18,908 nt of DNA from Pseudomonadota bacterium (GTDB taxonomy: Bacteria; Bdellovibrionota_B; Oligoflexia; Oligoflexales; RGVZ01): assembly GCA_041178085.1 (NCBI GenBank), contig JBEGVZ010000073.1, positions 1 through 18,908 of the forward strand, given 5' to 3'. The notes beneath the pieces are model-generated. The model made no database searches, was not told the DNA's origin, and was given only the letters and a program-made list of their open reading frames with translations. Below, piece after piece: positions 1-7,932 of this stretch. The translations under genes and the position numbers were made by a program. Numbering within the stretch: position 1 is the stretch's first letter; the number at the start of each line of letters is the position of its first letter.

Positions 1-2
1 CG

Positions 3-614
3 CCGACCATAGCCCCCGGTGGTAGCGGACCTAACCCGGGCGGTGGGGCTCCCTCGACACCCTCTCCAACCCCAACGGTAACACCGGTCTCTGGGAGCTC
101 CTCAACCCCTTGGCCAGGCAATAGGGCCTCATGTGCGGCGGGCGAAGTCATGATCGGTTCGAATTGCCAGCAACTGGTTCCAGTGGAGCGGTGCAAAAGC
201 ACACGGAACCAGGCGTACTTTGTGGATCATCTTTATTCGGCCGACCCAGCTGAGTGCGTCGATAGCGGTTATGCCAGCGAAACAAAGCCATACTTCTATG
301 CTTTTGCCAATGGTGACAAACAAATCTTCCGATGGAAGCGGGCTACCTCCACAGGGGACATTCTCCATTACTTCCTCCAGGACGGGGAAAACCCTGGAAC
401 ACTTTATAAGCTTGAGGGTCCAGCATGGAAGATCACGGCCACGGACTTCATCCACGCAAAGAAGACAGCGCTTTACCGGTGCTTGATTCCCTGCTCATCG
501 GCATTTCCAAACCAGCAAAACTGCGACGGAAACATGCAGTGGGTCAGCGTACGCGAAGACTGTGAGGGTACGGGGCTGAACAAAGGACTTCTTGGTTACG
601 GCATCCTTCCCTGA
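3..614 (+). CDS. C-terminal part of a probably secreted protein: Pro/Thr/Gly-rich linker followed by a Cys-containing DUF5648-like domain (5'-truncated)
   Basis: The frame of ORF 150..614 stays open back to position 3 (PTIAPGGSGPNPGGGAPSTPSPTPTVTPVSGSSSTPW...). Repeated motifs VPVERC..DHLYS..E..GY, IFRW..HYF..LEG and ALYRC..LLGY resemble DUF5648 repeats. Confidence 0.6.
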   Translation, partial: PTIAPGGSGPNPGGGAPSTPSPTPTVTPVSGSSSTPWPGNRASCAAGEVMIGSNCQQLVPVERCKSTRNQAYFVDHLYSADPAECVDSGYASETKPYFYAFANGDKQIFRWKRATSTGDILHYFLQDGENPGTLYKLEGPAWKITATDFIHAKKTALYRCLIPCSSAFPNQQNCDGNMQWVSVREDCEGTGLNKGLLGYGILP

Positions 615-625
615 AAATTCAGATA

Positions 626-656
626 TAAGTTTTTTAAAAACTTAGAATTTTTCTAA
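626..656. promoter_or_regulatory. Two overlapping AT-rich palindromes, possible operator(s) or terminator-like element
   Basis: TAAGTTTTT-T-AAAAACTTA (626-644) and TTAGAA-TTT-TTCTAA (642-656) are perfect inverted repeats in the AT-rich intergenic region upstream of the amine operon. Confidence 0.35.
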
Positions 657-810
657 TACAAAAAAAATTATATTATAGAACCTCTGCGCCCCAATGCTTT
701 CAAGGCGGCGCAAGGGTGAATTACGCGCTTGCCAAGCCCTCTACGTTTGTCGTTAAAGGAACCCCCTGAGAAATTCAGCACAGAATTTATTGAAAGAGCT
801 TGGAGGACCA

Positions 811-2055
811 ATGACGAAACCGAACAAGATTGCTGTCATCGGTGGCGCAGGCGCCATGGGTCGGATCACAGTGCGGGACCTTGTGGAGTTTTCGGGCAAG
901 GACGACTCCATCGTCGTGGCAGACTACGACTTCAGCCGTGCGCAGGAATACGCTGGCTCCCTGAAGGACCCGCGGGTTTCCGCGGTCCAGGTCGACGTTC
1001 GCAATCACGAGGCCGCCGCCCGCGCGCTGGCTGGCTGCACGGTTATCATCAACAGCGTGCAGTACCAACTCAACCTTGACGTCATGCAGGTGGCCCTGGC
1101 CGCGGGTGCACACTATGTGGACCTCGGCGGCCTCTTCCACATGACCCGCCGCCAGATGGAACTGGATACCAAATTCAAGGCCCGCGGCCTGGTCGCGATT
1201 ATAGGTATGGGCGCTGCCCCAGGGATCACCAATATCCTCTCCCGCATGGGTGCAGATGAATTGGACGAAGTGACCGAAATCCATACGCGGGTTGCTGGAC
1301 GGGACTTGAGCAAATACTCATGGACCCCTGCGTTGCCGGTTTCCTACTCGCTGCAAACGATCCTGGAGGAGTTCTCCTTCCAGCCCGCGGTCTTCACCCG
1401 TGGGAAGTTCACATTCGTCGAACCGATGTCGGGTAACAACGCGCACCGTTTCCCCGCACCTGTTGGTGTACGCCGCCCGATGTATACGATCCATTCAGAG
1501 GTCGCCACGCTGCCCCTGTCTTTCGCCCGCAAAGGCGTTCGTGAAGTAACCTTCAAAATCGCTTTTGACGAAGAGTTTGTTGACCGCGTCCGGTTCCTGC
1601 GCGACATGGGCATGGCATCCCACGAGCCCGTCGACATAGGCGGCGTAAAAGTCCCCCCGATCGCCGTGATCAACAAAGTGGCGATGTCGCAAAAATCGCC
1701 GAAAGTGAAAGGCAAGCCGAAGCAGTACGAGATCGTCCGCGCGATCGTGAAGGGCGTATCCCGTTCCGGTTCAAAGTCGGCAAAAGCCCAACCCAAAGCC
1801 AAGTCTGCAGCAAAATACACCTATATCCTCGATTGCCACACCGAGGGGATGCCCAAGTGGGGCGTTGGCACCGACATCAACACTGGCACACCCCCGGCAA
1901 TTGCCGCGCTCATGATCGGCCGCGGGGAAGTTGCCGACCGGGGTGTCGTTGCGCCCGAAATTTGCATCGATCCCAAATCCTTTGTGAGGGAGCTGGGTCG
2001 CCGCAAGATGAAAGTTCAGGTGACTCGCAAGCGGGGCTGGGATGTTCCAGTTTAA
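811..2055 (+). CDS. Saccharopine dehydrogenase / lysine 6-dehydrogenase / carboxy(nor)spermidine dehydrogenase family oxidoreductase
   Basis: N-terminal Rossmann motif IAVIGGAGAMG, HYVDLGG, GMGAAPGITN, HSEVATL and C-terminal GVVAPE. GGAGG RBS at 802-806 supports ATG 811 over TTG 790. Confidence 0.85.
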   Translation: MTKPNKIAVIGGAGAMGRITVRDLVEFSGKDDSIVVADYDFSRAQEYAGSLKDPRVSAVQVDVRNHEAAARALAGCTVIINSVQYQLNLDVMQVALAAGAHYVDLGGLFHMTRRQMELDTKFKARGLVAIIGMGAAPGITNILSRMGADELDEVTEIHTRVAGRDLSKYSWTPALPVSYSLQTILEEFSFQPAVFTRGKFTFVEPMSGNNAHRFPAPVGVRRPMYTIHSEVATLPLSFARKGVREVTFKIAFDEEFVDRVRFLRDMGMASHEPVDIGGVKVPPIAVINKVAMSQKSPKVKGKPKQYEIVRAIVKGVSRSGSKSAKAQPKAKSAAKYTYILDCHTEGMPKWGVGTDINTGTPPAIAALMIGRGEVADRGVVAPEICIDPKSFVRELGRRKMKVQVTRKRGWDVPV

Positions 2056-3583
2056 CGCCAGGCATGTCATCGCGCTTCTGAGCGCTGCGCTGGTTTCCTC
2101 CACCGCACTGGCAGTCCCACGAACGACCGACGTGGTGATTGTTGGTGCGGGCTTGTCTGGACTCACTGCGGCCCACGAACTGAAGGGACGCGGGCTCTCG
2201 TACCACGTGCTTGAGCTGGCACCGATCATCGGCGGCCGCATCAAAACCGTTGCTTATTCCAGGCAGGAATTCCGCGCTTCCGCTGACGCGGGAATGGAAG
2301 AATATTGGGACAGCAACCCTGCCGTATCCCTGATCCGGAAACTAAAGCTTCCGATCCGCACTGACCCGGCAGTCTCCAGCATTGTGATCGGTGGCAAGCT
2401 CTATTCCTTGGGCGGCAAAAACCCAAGTCACCACTTACAAGACTTGTTTGACGCGGATGAACTTGCCGCGCTGGTCCGGTTCAATCAGCGCGTGGAAGCC
2501 TTGCTACAAGGCATCACTCCTGGAGGCGGAATCCCGGAAGACAGGAAGCACCTTGTCCACAAGTCATTCGCCGACTGGGTCAGGGAACAAAAACCCGGCC
2601 ACAAGGTTGAGGAGTGGATTCGCATCACGCTGGAGTGCGAAATCGGCACCGCGTGGGATCGCATATCGGCACTGGACGGGATTTCAGAGTTTCATATTTT
2701 CCTCGGGGAAGGGGAGACAAGCTACCGGGTTGCCGGTGGCAACGTGAAATTCATCGATGCGCTTGCCAGTGACGTCGGCCGTGAAAATATTTCTCTCAAT
2801 AAGCGCGTCATTCGCATCGCCCACAAGGATGGCCGTTCGCGAGTGACCTTTCTGTCCACTGACACCAACCGCAACGAAGAGATCGAAGCCCGCCATGTGA
2901 TCGTGACTGTGCCACTGTACCGCCTGATGGAAATCCAGTTCGAACCTGCGCTGTCCCAGGTCAAAAGGGACGCGATCGCCTCAATGACATGGGGGTCTTA
3001 CTTCAAGGTTCACGTGCTGGTGCCAAAATCGTCCGAGCGGTTCTGGACAGCCTCCTTGCCCTTGCTGTCTGACTCCGATCTGGGTGTGATCTACGATGGT
3101 AACCCGGACCAGGCGGGCGACAAGAATTCCCTGCGTGTGTTGTCTCTATTGATTGGCGGAGACAGGGCAGAACGCCTGAACTTCACCCCGCTCGACCAGG
3201 CGCGGGCAGAGATCAAGGCCGCGTTTGACAAGCTCTGGCCTGGATTTTCCGCTGGCATCGTCGACATGGAATTTTACCGTTACCACCCGCGGGCAATCGC
3301 GTCATGGCCAGTTGGCCGGTCACGATTTGACCAGCAATCGGACGAAATCCGCAAACCCGAAAACCGCGTCTATCTGGCTGGCGATCACACGGAAAGTTCC
3401 CATTCGGATGGTGCCGTTAATTCAGCGGTCAGGGCGGTTGCTCAAATTTTTAAATCTGAAGGCCTCAAGGCGGGCGAGACTTTGACGGCAAAACACAAGA
3501 AAACACAAAGAAAAATTTCGAAACTGAACAAAGACAAAAAACAGGGAAGGCAAAACCATGAGCCAGTCAATCAAAAGCTATAA
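2042..3583 (+). CDS. Flavin monoamine/amino-acid oxidase family protein with N-terminal signal peptide
   Basis: DVVIVGAGLSGLTAA..L..VLE....GGR FAD-binding motif, HVIVTVP, RVYLAGDHT and DGAVNSAVRA. Hydrophobic leader ending in ALA. Overlaps both neighbours. Confidence 0.88.
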   Translation: MFQFNARHVIALLSAALVSSTALAVPRTTDVVIVGAGLSGLTAAHELKGRGLSYHVLELAPIIGGRIKTVAYSRQEFRASADAGMEEYWDSNPAVSLIRKLKLPIRTDPAVSSIVIGGKLYSLGGKNPSHHLQDLFDADELAALVRFNQRVEALLQGITPGGGIPEDRKHLVHKSFADWVREQKPGHKVEEWIRITLECEIGTAWDRISALDGISEFHIFLGEGETSYRVAGGNVKFIDALASDVGRENISLNKRVIRIAHKDGRSRVTFLSTDTNRNEEIEARHVIVTVPLYRLMEIQFEPALSQVKRDAIASMTWGSYFKVHVLVPKSSERFWTASLPLLSDSDLGVIYDGNPDQAGDKNSLRVLSLLIGGDRAERLNFTPLDQARAEIKAAFDKLWPGFSAGIVDMEFYRYHPRAIASWPVGRSRFDQQSDEIRKPENRVYLAGDHTESSHSDGAVNSAVRAVAQIFKSEGLKAGETLTAKHKKTQRKISKLNKDKKQGRQNHEPVNQKL

Positions 3584-5036
3584 GATGTTCATCGGCGGCG
3601 AATTCGTGAGCGCTGCCTCGGGCAAGACCCGCGAAGTACGAGACCCGGGTAACAACAAGGTTGTGGCTCTTGTCCCGGAAAGCAGCAAGGAAGACATCGA
3701 TGCGGCCGTATATCAGGCTCGCCAGGCCTTCGATCACGGCCCGTGGCGTACGACGCAGGCCCTTGACCGTGCCAAGATCCTGTTCAAGATTGCGGAAGGC
3801 ATCCGCGCTCGCGCTCCAAAGCTCGCCGAGCTGGAAGTACTCAGCTGCGGCAAGCCCCTGGCCGAGGCCGAATACGACATCGCTGACGCCGCCAACTGCT
3901 TTGATTTTTATGCCGGCATGGCGACCAAGATCCATGGCGAGACCATGCAAGTCCCGGCCAACTCACTGAGCTTCGTCGTCCGCGAACCAATCGGTGTCTG
4001 CGGTCAGATCGTCCCCTGGAACTACCCGTTGCTCATGTCCTCCTGGAAACTGGCACCGGCCCTGGCTGCTGGCAATACATGTGTCTTGAAGCCTTCGGAA
4101 CTGACTCCGCTGACAGCACTTGAATTGGCCGAAATCCTGGTCGAGGCGGGATTGCCTGCGGGCGTGGTCAATATCGTGACCGGTCCCGGACCGGGATGCG
4201 GCGATGTCCTGTCGGCACACCCGCAAGTCGATAAGATCGCCTTCACAGGTGGTACCAACACCGGGCGCAGCGTCATGAGCGCCGCCACAGGCAATCTGAA
4301 AAAGGTGTCTCTGGAACTGGGCGGCAAGAATCCCAATATTGTGTTCGCCGACGCGGACTTCGAGGCCGCCGTGGACGGAGCTCTCTTTGGAGCGTTCGCC
4401 AACCAGGGTGAAGTCTGCTCTGCTGGATCTCGCCTGCTGGTCGACCGCAAGATCCACAAGCGCTTCGTCGAGGCAATGCTCAATAAGATCCCCAACATCA
4501 AGCTAGGCCACGGGCTTTCGGAAGGCGTCAAAATGGGGCCGGTGGTCAGCCGCTCCCACATGGAAAAAATCGAAGGCTACATCGCTTCTGGCATCGCTGA
4601 AGGCGCAAATCTTGTATGCGGCGGCAAACGCCCTGCTGAAAAAGCCCTTGTCGATGGCAACTTCATCGAACCGACGATTTTCGACGATGTCACACCGTCC
4701 ATGAAGATCGCCCGGGAAGAGATCTTCGGACCGGTCCTTGCCGTGATCCCCTTCGACACGGAAGAGGAAGCCATCCAGATCGCCAACGACACCGAATACG
4801 GCCTGGCTGCCGGTGTCTGGTCGCGTGACATCAACCGAGCCCTGCGCGTTGTTCGTGAGCTCCGTTGCGGCATCACCTGGATCAACACCTACCACCCGAC
4901 GTTCAATGAAATGCCATGGGGTGGTTACAAGCAAAGCGGCACCGGGCGGGAGCTTGGTTTGTACGGGATCGAGGAGTACCTGGAAACAAAACAGGTCAAC
5001 ATCAACCTCGATGAGGCTCCGATCGCCTGGTATTGA
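3558..5036 (+). CDS. NAD-dependent aldehyde dehydrogenase (betaine/aminoaldehyde dehydrogenase-like)
   Basis: IVPWNYP, KPSE, FTGGT, LELGGKNP (catalytic Glu), GEVCSAG (catalytic Cys), EEIFGP, PWGGYKQSG. Confidence 0.93.
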   Translation: MSQSIKSYKMFIGGEFVSAASGKTREVRDPGNNKVVALVPESSKEDIDAAVYQARQAFDHGPWRTTQALDRAKILFKIAEGIRARAPKLAELEVLSCGKPLAEAEYDIADAANCFDFYAGMATKIHGETMQVPANSLSFVVREPIGVCGQIVPWNYPLLMSSWKLAPALAAGNTCVLKPSELTPLTALELAEILVEAGLPAGVVNIVTGPGPGCGDVLSAHPQVDKIAFTGGTNTGRSVMSAATGNLKKVSLELGGKNPNIVFADADFEAAVDGALFGAFANQGEVCSAGSRLLVDRKIHKRFVEAMLNKIPNIKLGHGLSEGVKMGPVVSRSHMEKIEGYIASGIAEGANLVCGGKRPAEKALVDGNFIEPTIFDDVTPSMKIAREEIFGPVLAVIPFDTEEEAIQIANDTEYGLAAGVWSRDINRALRVVRELRCGITWINTYHPTFNEMPWGGYKQSGTGRELGLYGIEEYLETKQVNINLDEAPIAWY

Positions 5037-5050
5037 ACCGTTTGCTGCCA

Positions 5051-5086
5051 AGATTACGGAAGAGATTAGGGAAGAGATTGAGGAGA
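5051..5086 (+). repeat. Three imperfect 12-bp tandem repeats ending in the gabT RBS
   Basis: AGATTACGGAAG / AGATTAGGGAAG / AGATTGAGGAGA. Confidence 0.7.
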
Positions 5087-5093
5087 ACGCCCC

Positions 5094-6449
5094 ATGGCTG
5101 TTCGGATAAAGACAGAAATCCCAGGTCCACGCAGCCGGGAGTTGATGGCTGAGAGACAGGCACACGTTCCGCGCGGACCGTTCCACCTCACGCCAGTTTT
5201 TGTGAAATCAGCAAAAGGGGCGATGATTGAGGACGTTGACGGTAACTTGCTAATCGACTTCGCATCCGGCATTGGCGTGAACAATGTTGGTCATTGTAAC
5301 GAAGCCATTATCCATGCTGTCCAAGACCAAGCCAGCAAGTTTATGCACGTGGCTTTCAATGTTTCACCGTATGGATCGTACATCGATCTGTGCAAACGCC
5401 TGAACGCCATCACGCCGGGAGATTTTGCCAAGAAAACGTTTCTGGCGAATTCCGGGGCCGAAGCGGTCGAAAACGCGATCAAACTGGCACGCGCATTCAC
5501 CAAAAAGCAGGCGGTCGTCTGCTTCGATCACGCCTTTCACGGGCGGACGTACATGGCGATGACCCTGACATCAAAGGCCAAGCCCTACAAGATGGGCTTT
5601 GGCCCCTTCAACCCAGAGGTCTACCGCACGCCGTTTCCGTATGCCTACCGCTGGCCGGGAGCGAACACAGGCGGAGTGGTTACTGCGGCAGAACAGGCGC
5701 AAGTCGACGCCCAGTGTTTCGCCGAATTCAAGGATCTGGTGATAAACCGGATCACCCCGTATGACTGTGCCGCTGTCATCGTCGAGCCTGTCCTGGGTGA
5801 GGGTGGATTTATCCCGATGAGCCGCGGCTTTGCAGCCCTGCTGCGGGAATTCTGTACAACCCACAACATTGTGCTCATCGCGGACGAAATCCAATCTGGA
5901 TTTGGTCGCACAGGTGCCCTGTTTGCCTGCGAACAGCTGGGCCTTGTCCCCGACATGATGACTACGGCCAAGGGGCTGGGTGGCGGGATGCCTGTCTCCG
6001 CAGTGACAGGGCGCGCGGACATCATGGATTCTGCGGGCGAGGGGGGAATTGGCGGGACTTTCGGCGGTAGCCCGGTTTCTTGCGCAGCGGCCCTTGCCGT
6101 TTGCGAGATGTTTGAAAAAACGGACATCCTTGCCCGCTCACGAGCGCTCGGTGCACGTATCCATGAGACGTTGCTGGGGTGGCACGGAAAGTACCAATGT
6201 GTTGGCAACGTGCGTGGCCTTGGCACCATGATGGGCTTTGAACTGGTCCAGGATCGCACCACCAAAGAACCGTGGGCGGACGGTGCGAAGAAGCTGACTA
6301 AATACTGCTACGAAAACGGTCTGATCATCATGACGGCGGGCACTTACGGAAACGTCGTACGTCTGCTGATGCCCCTTGTAATCAAGGATGATGAACTCAA
6401 CGAAGGATTTGATATCCTTGAACGTGGCCTGAAAAGTTTGCATGCTTGA
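5094..6449 (+). CDS. gabT: 4-aminobutyrate--2-oxoglutarate transaminase (class III PLP aminotransferase)
   Basis: DVDGN..IDFASGIGV, NSGAEAVENAIK, AFHGRT, EPVLGEGGF, ADEIQSGFGRTG, AKGLGGGMP (PLP Lys), GGTFGG, AGTYGNVVR. GAGGAG RBS upstream. Confidence 0.88.
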   Translation: MAVRIKTEIPGPRSRELMAERQAHVPRGPFHLTPVFVKSAKGAMIEDVDGNLLIDFASGIGVNNVGHCNEAIIHAVQDQASKFMHVAFNVSPYGSYIDLCKRLNAITPGDFAKKTFLANSGAEAVENAIKLARAFTKKQAVVCFDHAFHGRTYMAMTLTSKAKPYKMGFGPFNPEVYRTPFPYAYRWPGANTGGVVTAAEQAQVDAQCFAEFKDLVINRITPYDCAAVIVEPVLGEGGFIPMSRGFAALLREFCTTHNIVLIADEIQSGFGRTGALFACEQLGLVPDMMTTAKGLGGGMPVSAVTGRADIMDSAGEGGIGGTFGGSPVSCAAALAVCEMFEKTDILARSRALGARIHETLLGWHGKYQCVGNVRGLGTMMGFELVQDRTTKEPWADGAKKLTKYCYENGLIIMTAGTYGNVVRLLMPLVIKDDELNEGFDILERGLKSLHA

Positions 6450-6470
6450 AAGATTCCCTGCGAGAGACCA

Positions 6471-7922
6471 ATGATCCGCTACCAACCCTATGTCGATGGC
6501 TCCTGGCGCGCAGCCAATTCGTTTGCACCGGTGCGCTCTCCCTACAGCGGGGACATCGTCGCTGAATGCGGATTGGCAGACAAAGGCATCATGCAATTGG
6601 CGATCACGGCGGCTGACCGTGACTTCCCGGCGTTTCGCCTTGCCCTCCGCGGGCAAAGGGCTCGCCTGCTGGCAGCCATGGCTCGCGGCATCGAGGCAAG
6701 GCGAGCGGAATTCATCAAGCGAATGATAAATGAAGCCGGCAAGCCGAAAACTTTGGCCAATGTCGAGGTGAGTCGCGCCATCATGACCTTCACCGCAGCA
6801 GCAGAGGAAGCCAAACGCCTCGGGGGCGAAGTCATTCCACTGGACGGTGAAGTCGCCAACGCGGGTTATGGTCCTGCGGTGTCATACTGGTTCGCCAAGA
6901 GCCCGGTGCTGGCCATTGCTCCATTCAATTTCCCGCTTAACTTGATCGCCCACAAAGTGGCGCCGGCTCTGGCAGTGGGTGCGCCCATCATCGTGAAACC
7001 ACCGCCCCAGGCGCCGGGTTGTGCCGTGCTTCTGGCTGAAATTTTTCACGAATGCCGTCAATCCGACGCGACGCTGCTGGATGCAATCCCGCCGGCAAGC
7101 CTTCAGGTCCTGGAGGCTCAAAACGACGTGACCGGTCTTGCGATCAAGGATCCGCGGATTGGTATACTGTCGTTCACCGGCAGCCAGAAGGTCGGCTGGA
7201 TGCTTCAGGGACTGGCCGTTGGCAAAAAGGTCGCGCTGGAACTTGGGGGAAACGCCGCTGTCATTGTCCACGAGGATGCAGACTTGCAGCGCGCTGCCGT
7301 ACGCTGTGCGTTTGGTGGCTTCGCCTATGCCGGCCAGATTTGTATCTCTGTGCAGCGAATTTTCGTTCATACCAAGGTCGAAAAAGACTTTATCCGGCTG
7401 CTCCTCGACGAAGTAGCCAAAGTGAACACGGGCGACCCTCAATCACCGGATGTCCTTTGTGGTCCACTGATCGATGAGGGGGCGACAAAGCGTGTCCTGT
7501 CATGGATTGAAGATGCTAAAAAGCGGGGGGCCCAGGTCCTTGCCGGCGGGACGCAAGCCGCTCACAATATGATCGCCCCGACCGTCATGACCAAAGTCCC
7601 CAAGGACCTGCCAATCGCCTGTGACGAAGTCTTCGGCCCGGTGGTAATTGTCGAGCCCTACCCGGACTTCGAAACTGCCGTCAACATGAGCAATGAATCG
7701 CTCTATGGCCTGCAGGCCGGGGTATTCACAGATAGCGCCCGACTGCAAAACCATGCTGTACAGAATCTTGATGTTGGCGGGGTCATCCTGAATGACATCC
7801 CCACATTCCGCGCGGACAACATGCCTTATGGCGGAGTCAAGGGTTCCGGCCTGGGGCGAGAAGGGGTCCGCTATGCCATGGAAGACTTTTGCGAGCGCCG
7901 TACCGTCGTCAACCGCACCTGA
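6471..7922 (+). CDS. Aldehyde dehydrogenase, ALDH21/lactaldehyde-dehydrogenase-like clade, possible succinate-semialdehyde dehydrogenase
   Basis: PFNFPLNLIAHKVAPA, FTGS, LELGGNAA, GQICISVQR, EVFGP, YGLQAGVFT, TFRADNMPYGGVKGSGLGREG. Confidence 0.9.
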   Translation: MIRYQPYVDGSWRAANSFAPVRSPYSGDIVAECGLADKGIMQLAITAADRDFPAFRLALRGQRARLLAAMARGIEARRAEFIKRMINEAGKPKTLANVEVSRAIMTFTAAAEEAKRLGGEVIPLDGEVANAGYGPAVSYWFAKSPVLAIAPFNFPLNLIAHKVAPALAVGAPIIVKPPPQAPGCAVLLAEIFHECRQSDATLLDAIPPASLQVLEAQNDVTGLAIKDPRIGILSFTGSQKVGWMLQGLAVGKKVALELGGNAAVIVHEDADLQRAAVRCAFGGFAYAGQICISVQRIFVHTKVEKDFIRLLLDEVAKVNTGDPQSPDVLCGPLIDEGATKRVLSWIEDAKKRGAQVLAGGTQAAHNMIAPTVMTKVPKDLPIACDEVFGPVVIVEPYPDFETAVNMSNESLYGLQAGVFTDSARLQNHAVQNLDVGGVILNDIPTFRADNMPYGGVKGSGLGREGVRYAMEDFCERRTVVNRT

Positions 7923-7932
7923 CTTGGGACAG

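Noticed and set aside
729..759. Sigma-70 promoter TTGCCA...TTAAAG
   Set aside because: Plausible -35, but no convincing -10 at 16-18 nt spacing.
681..810. Riboswitch in the amine operon leader
   Set aside because: No recognisable lysine, guanidine, SAM or glycine riboswitch consensus; only one short hairpin.
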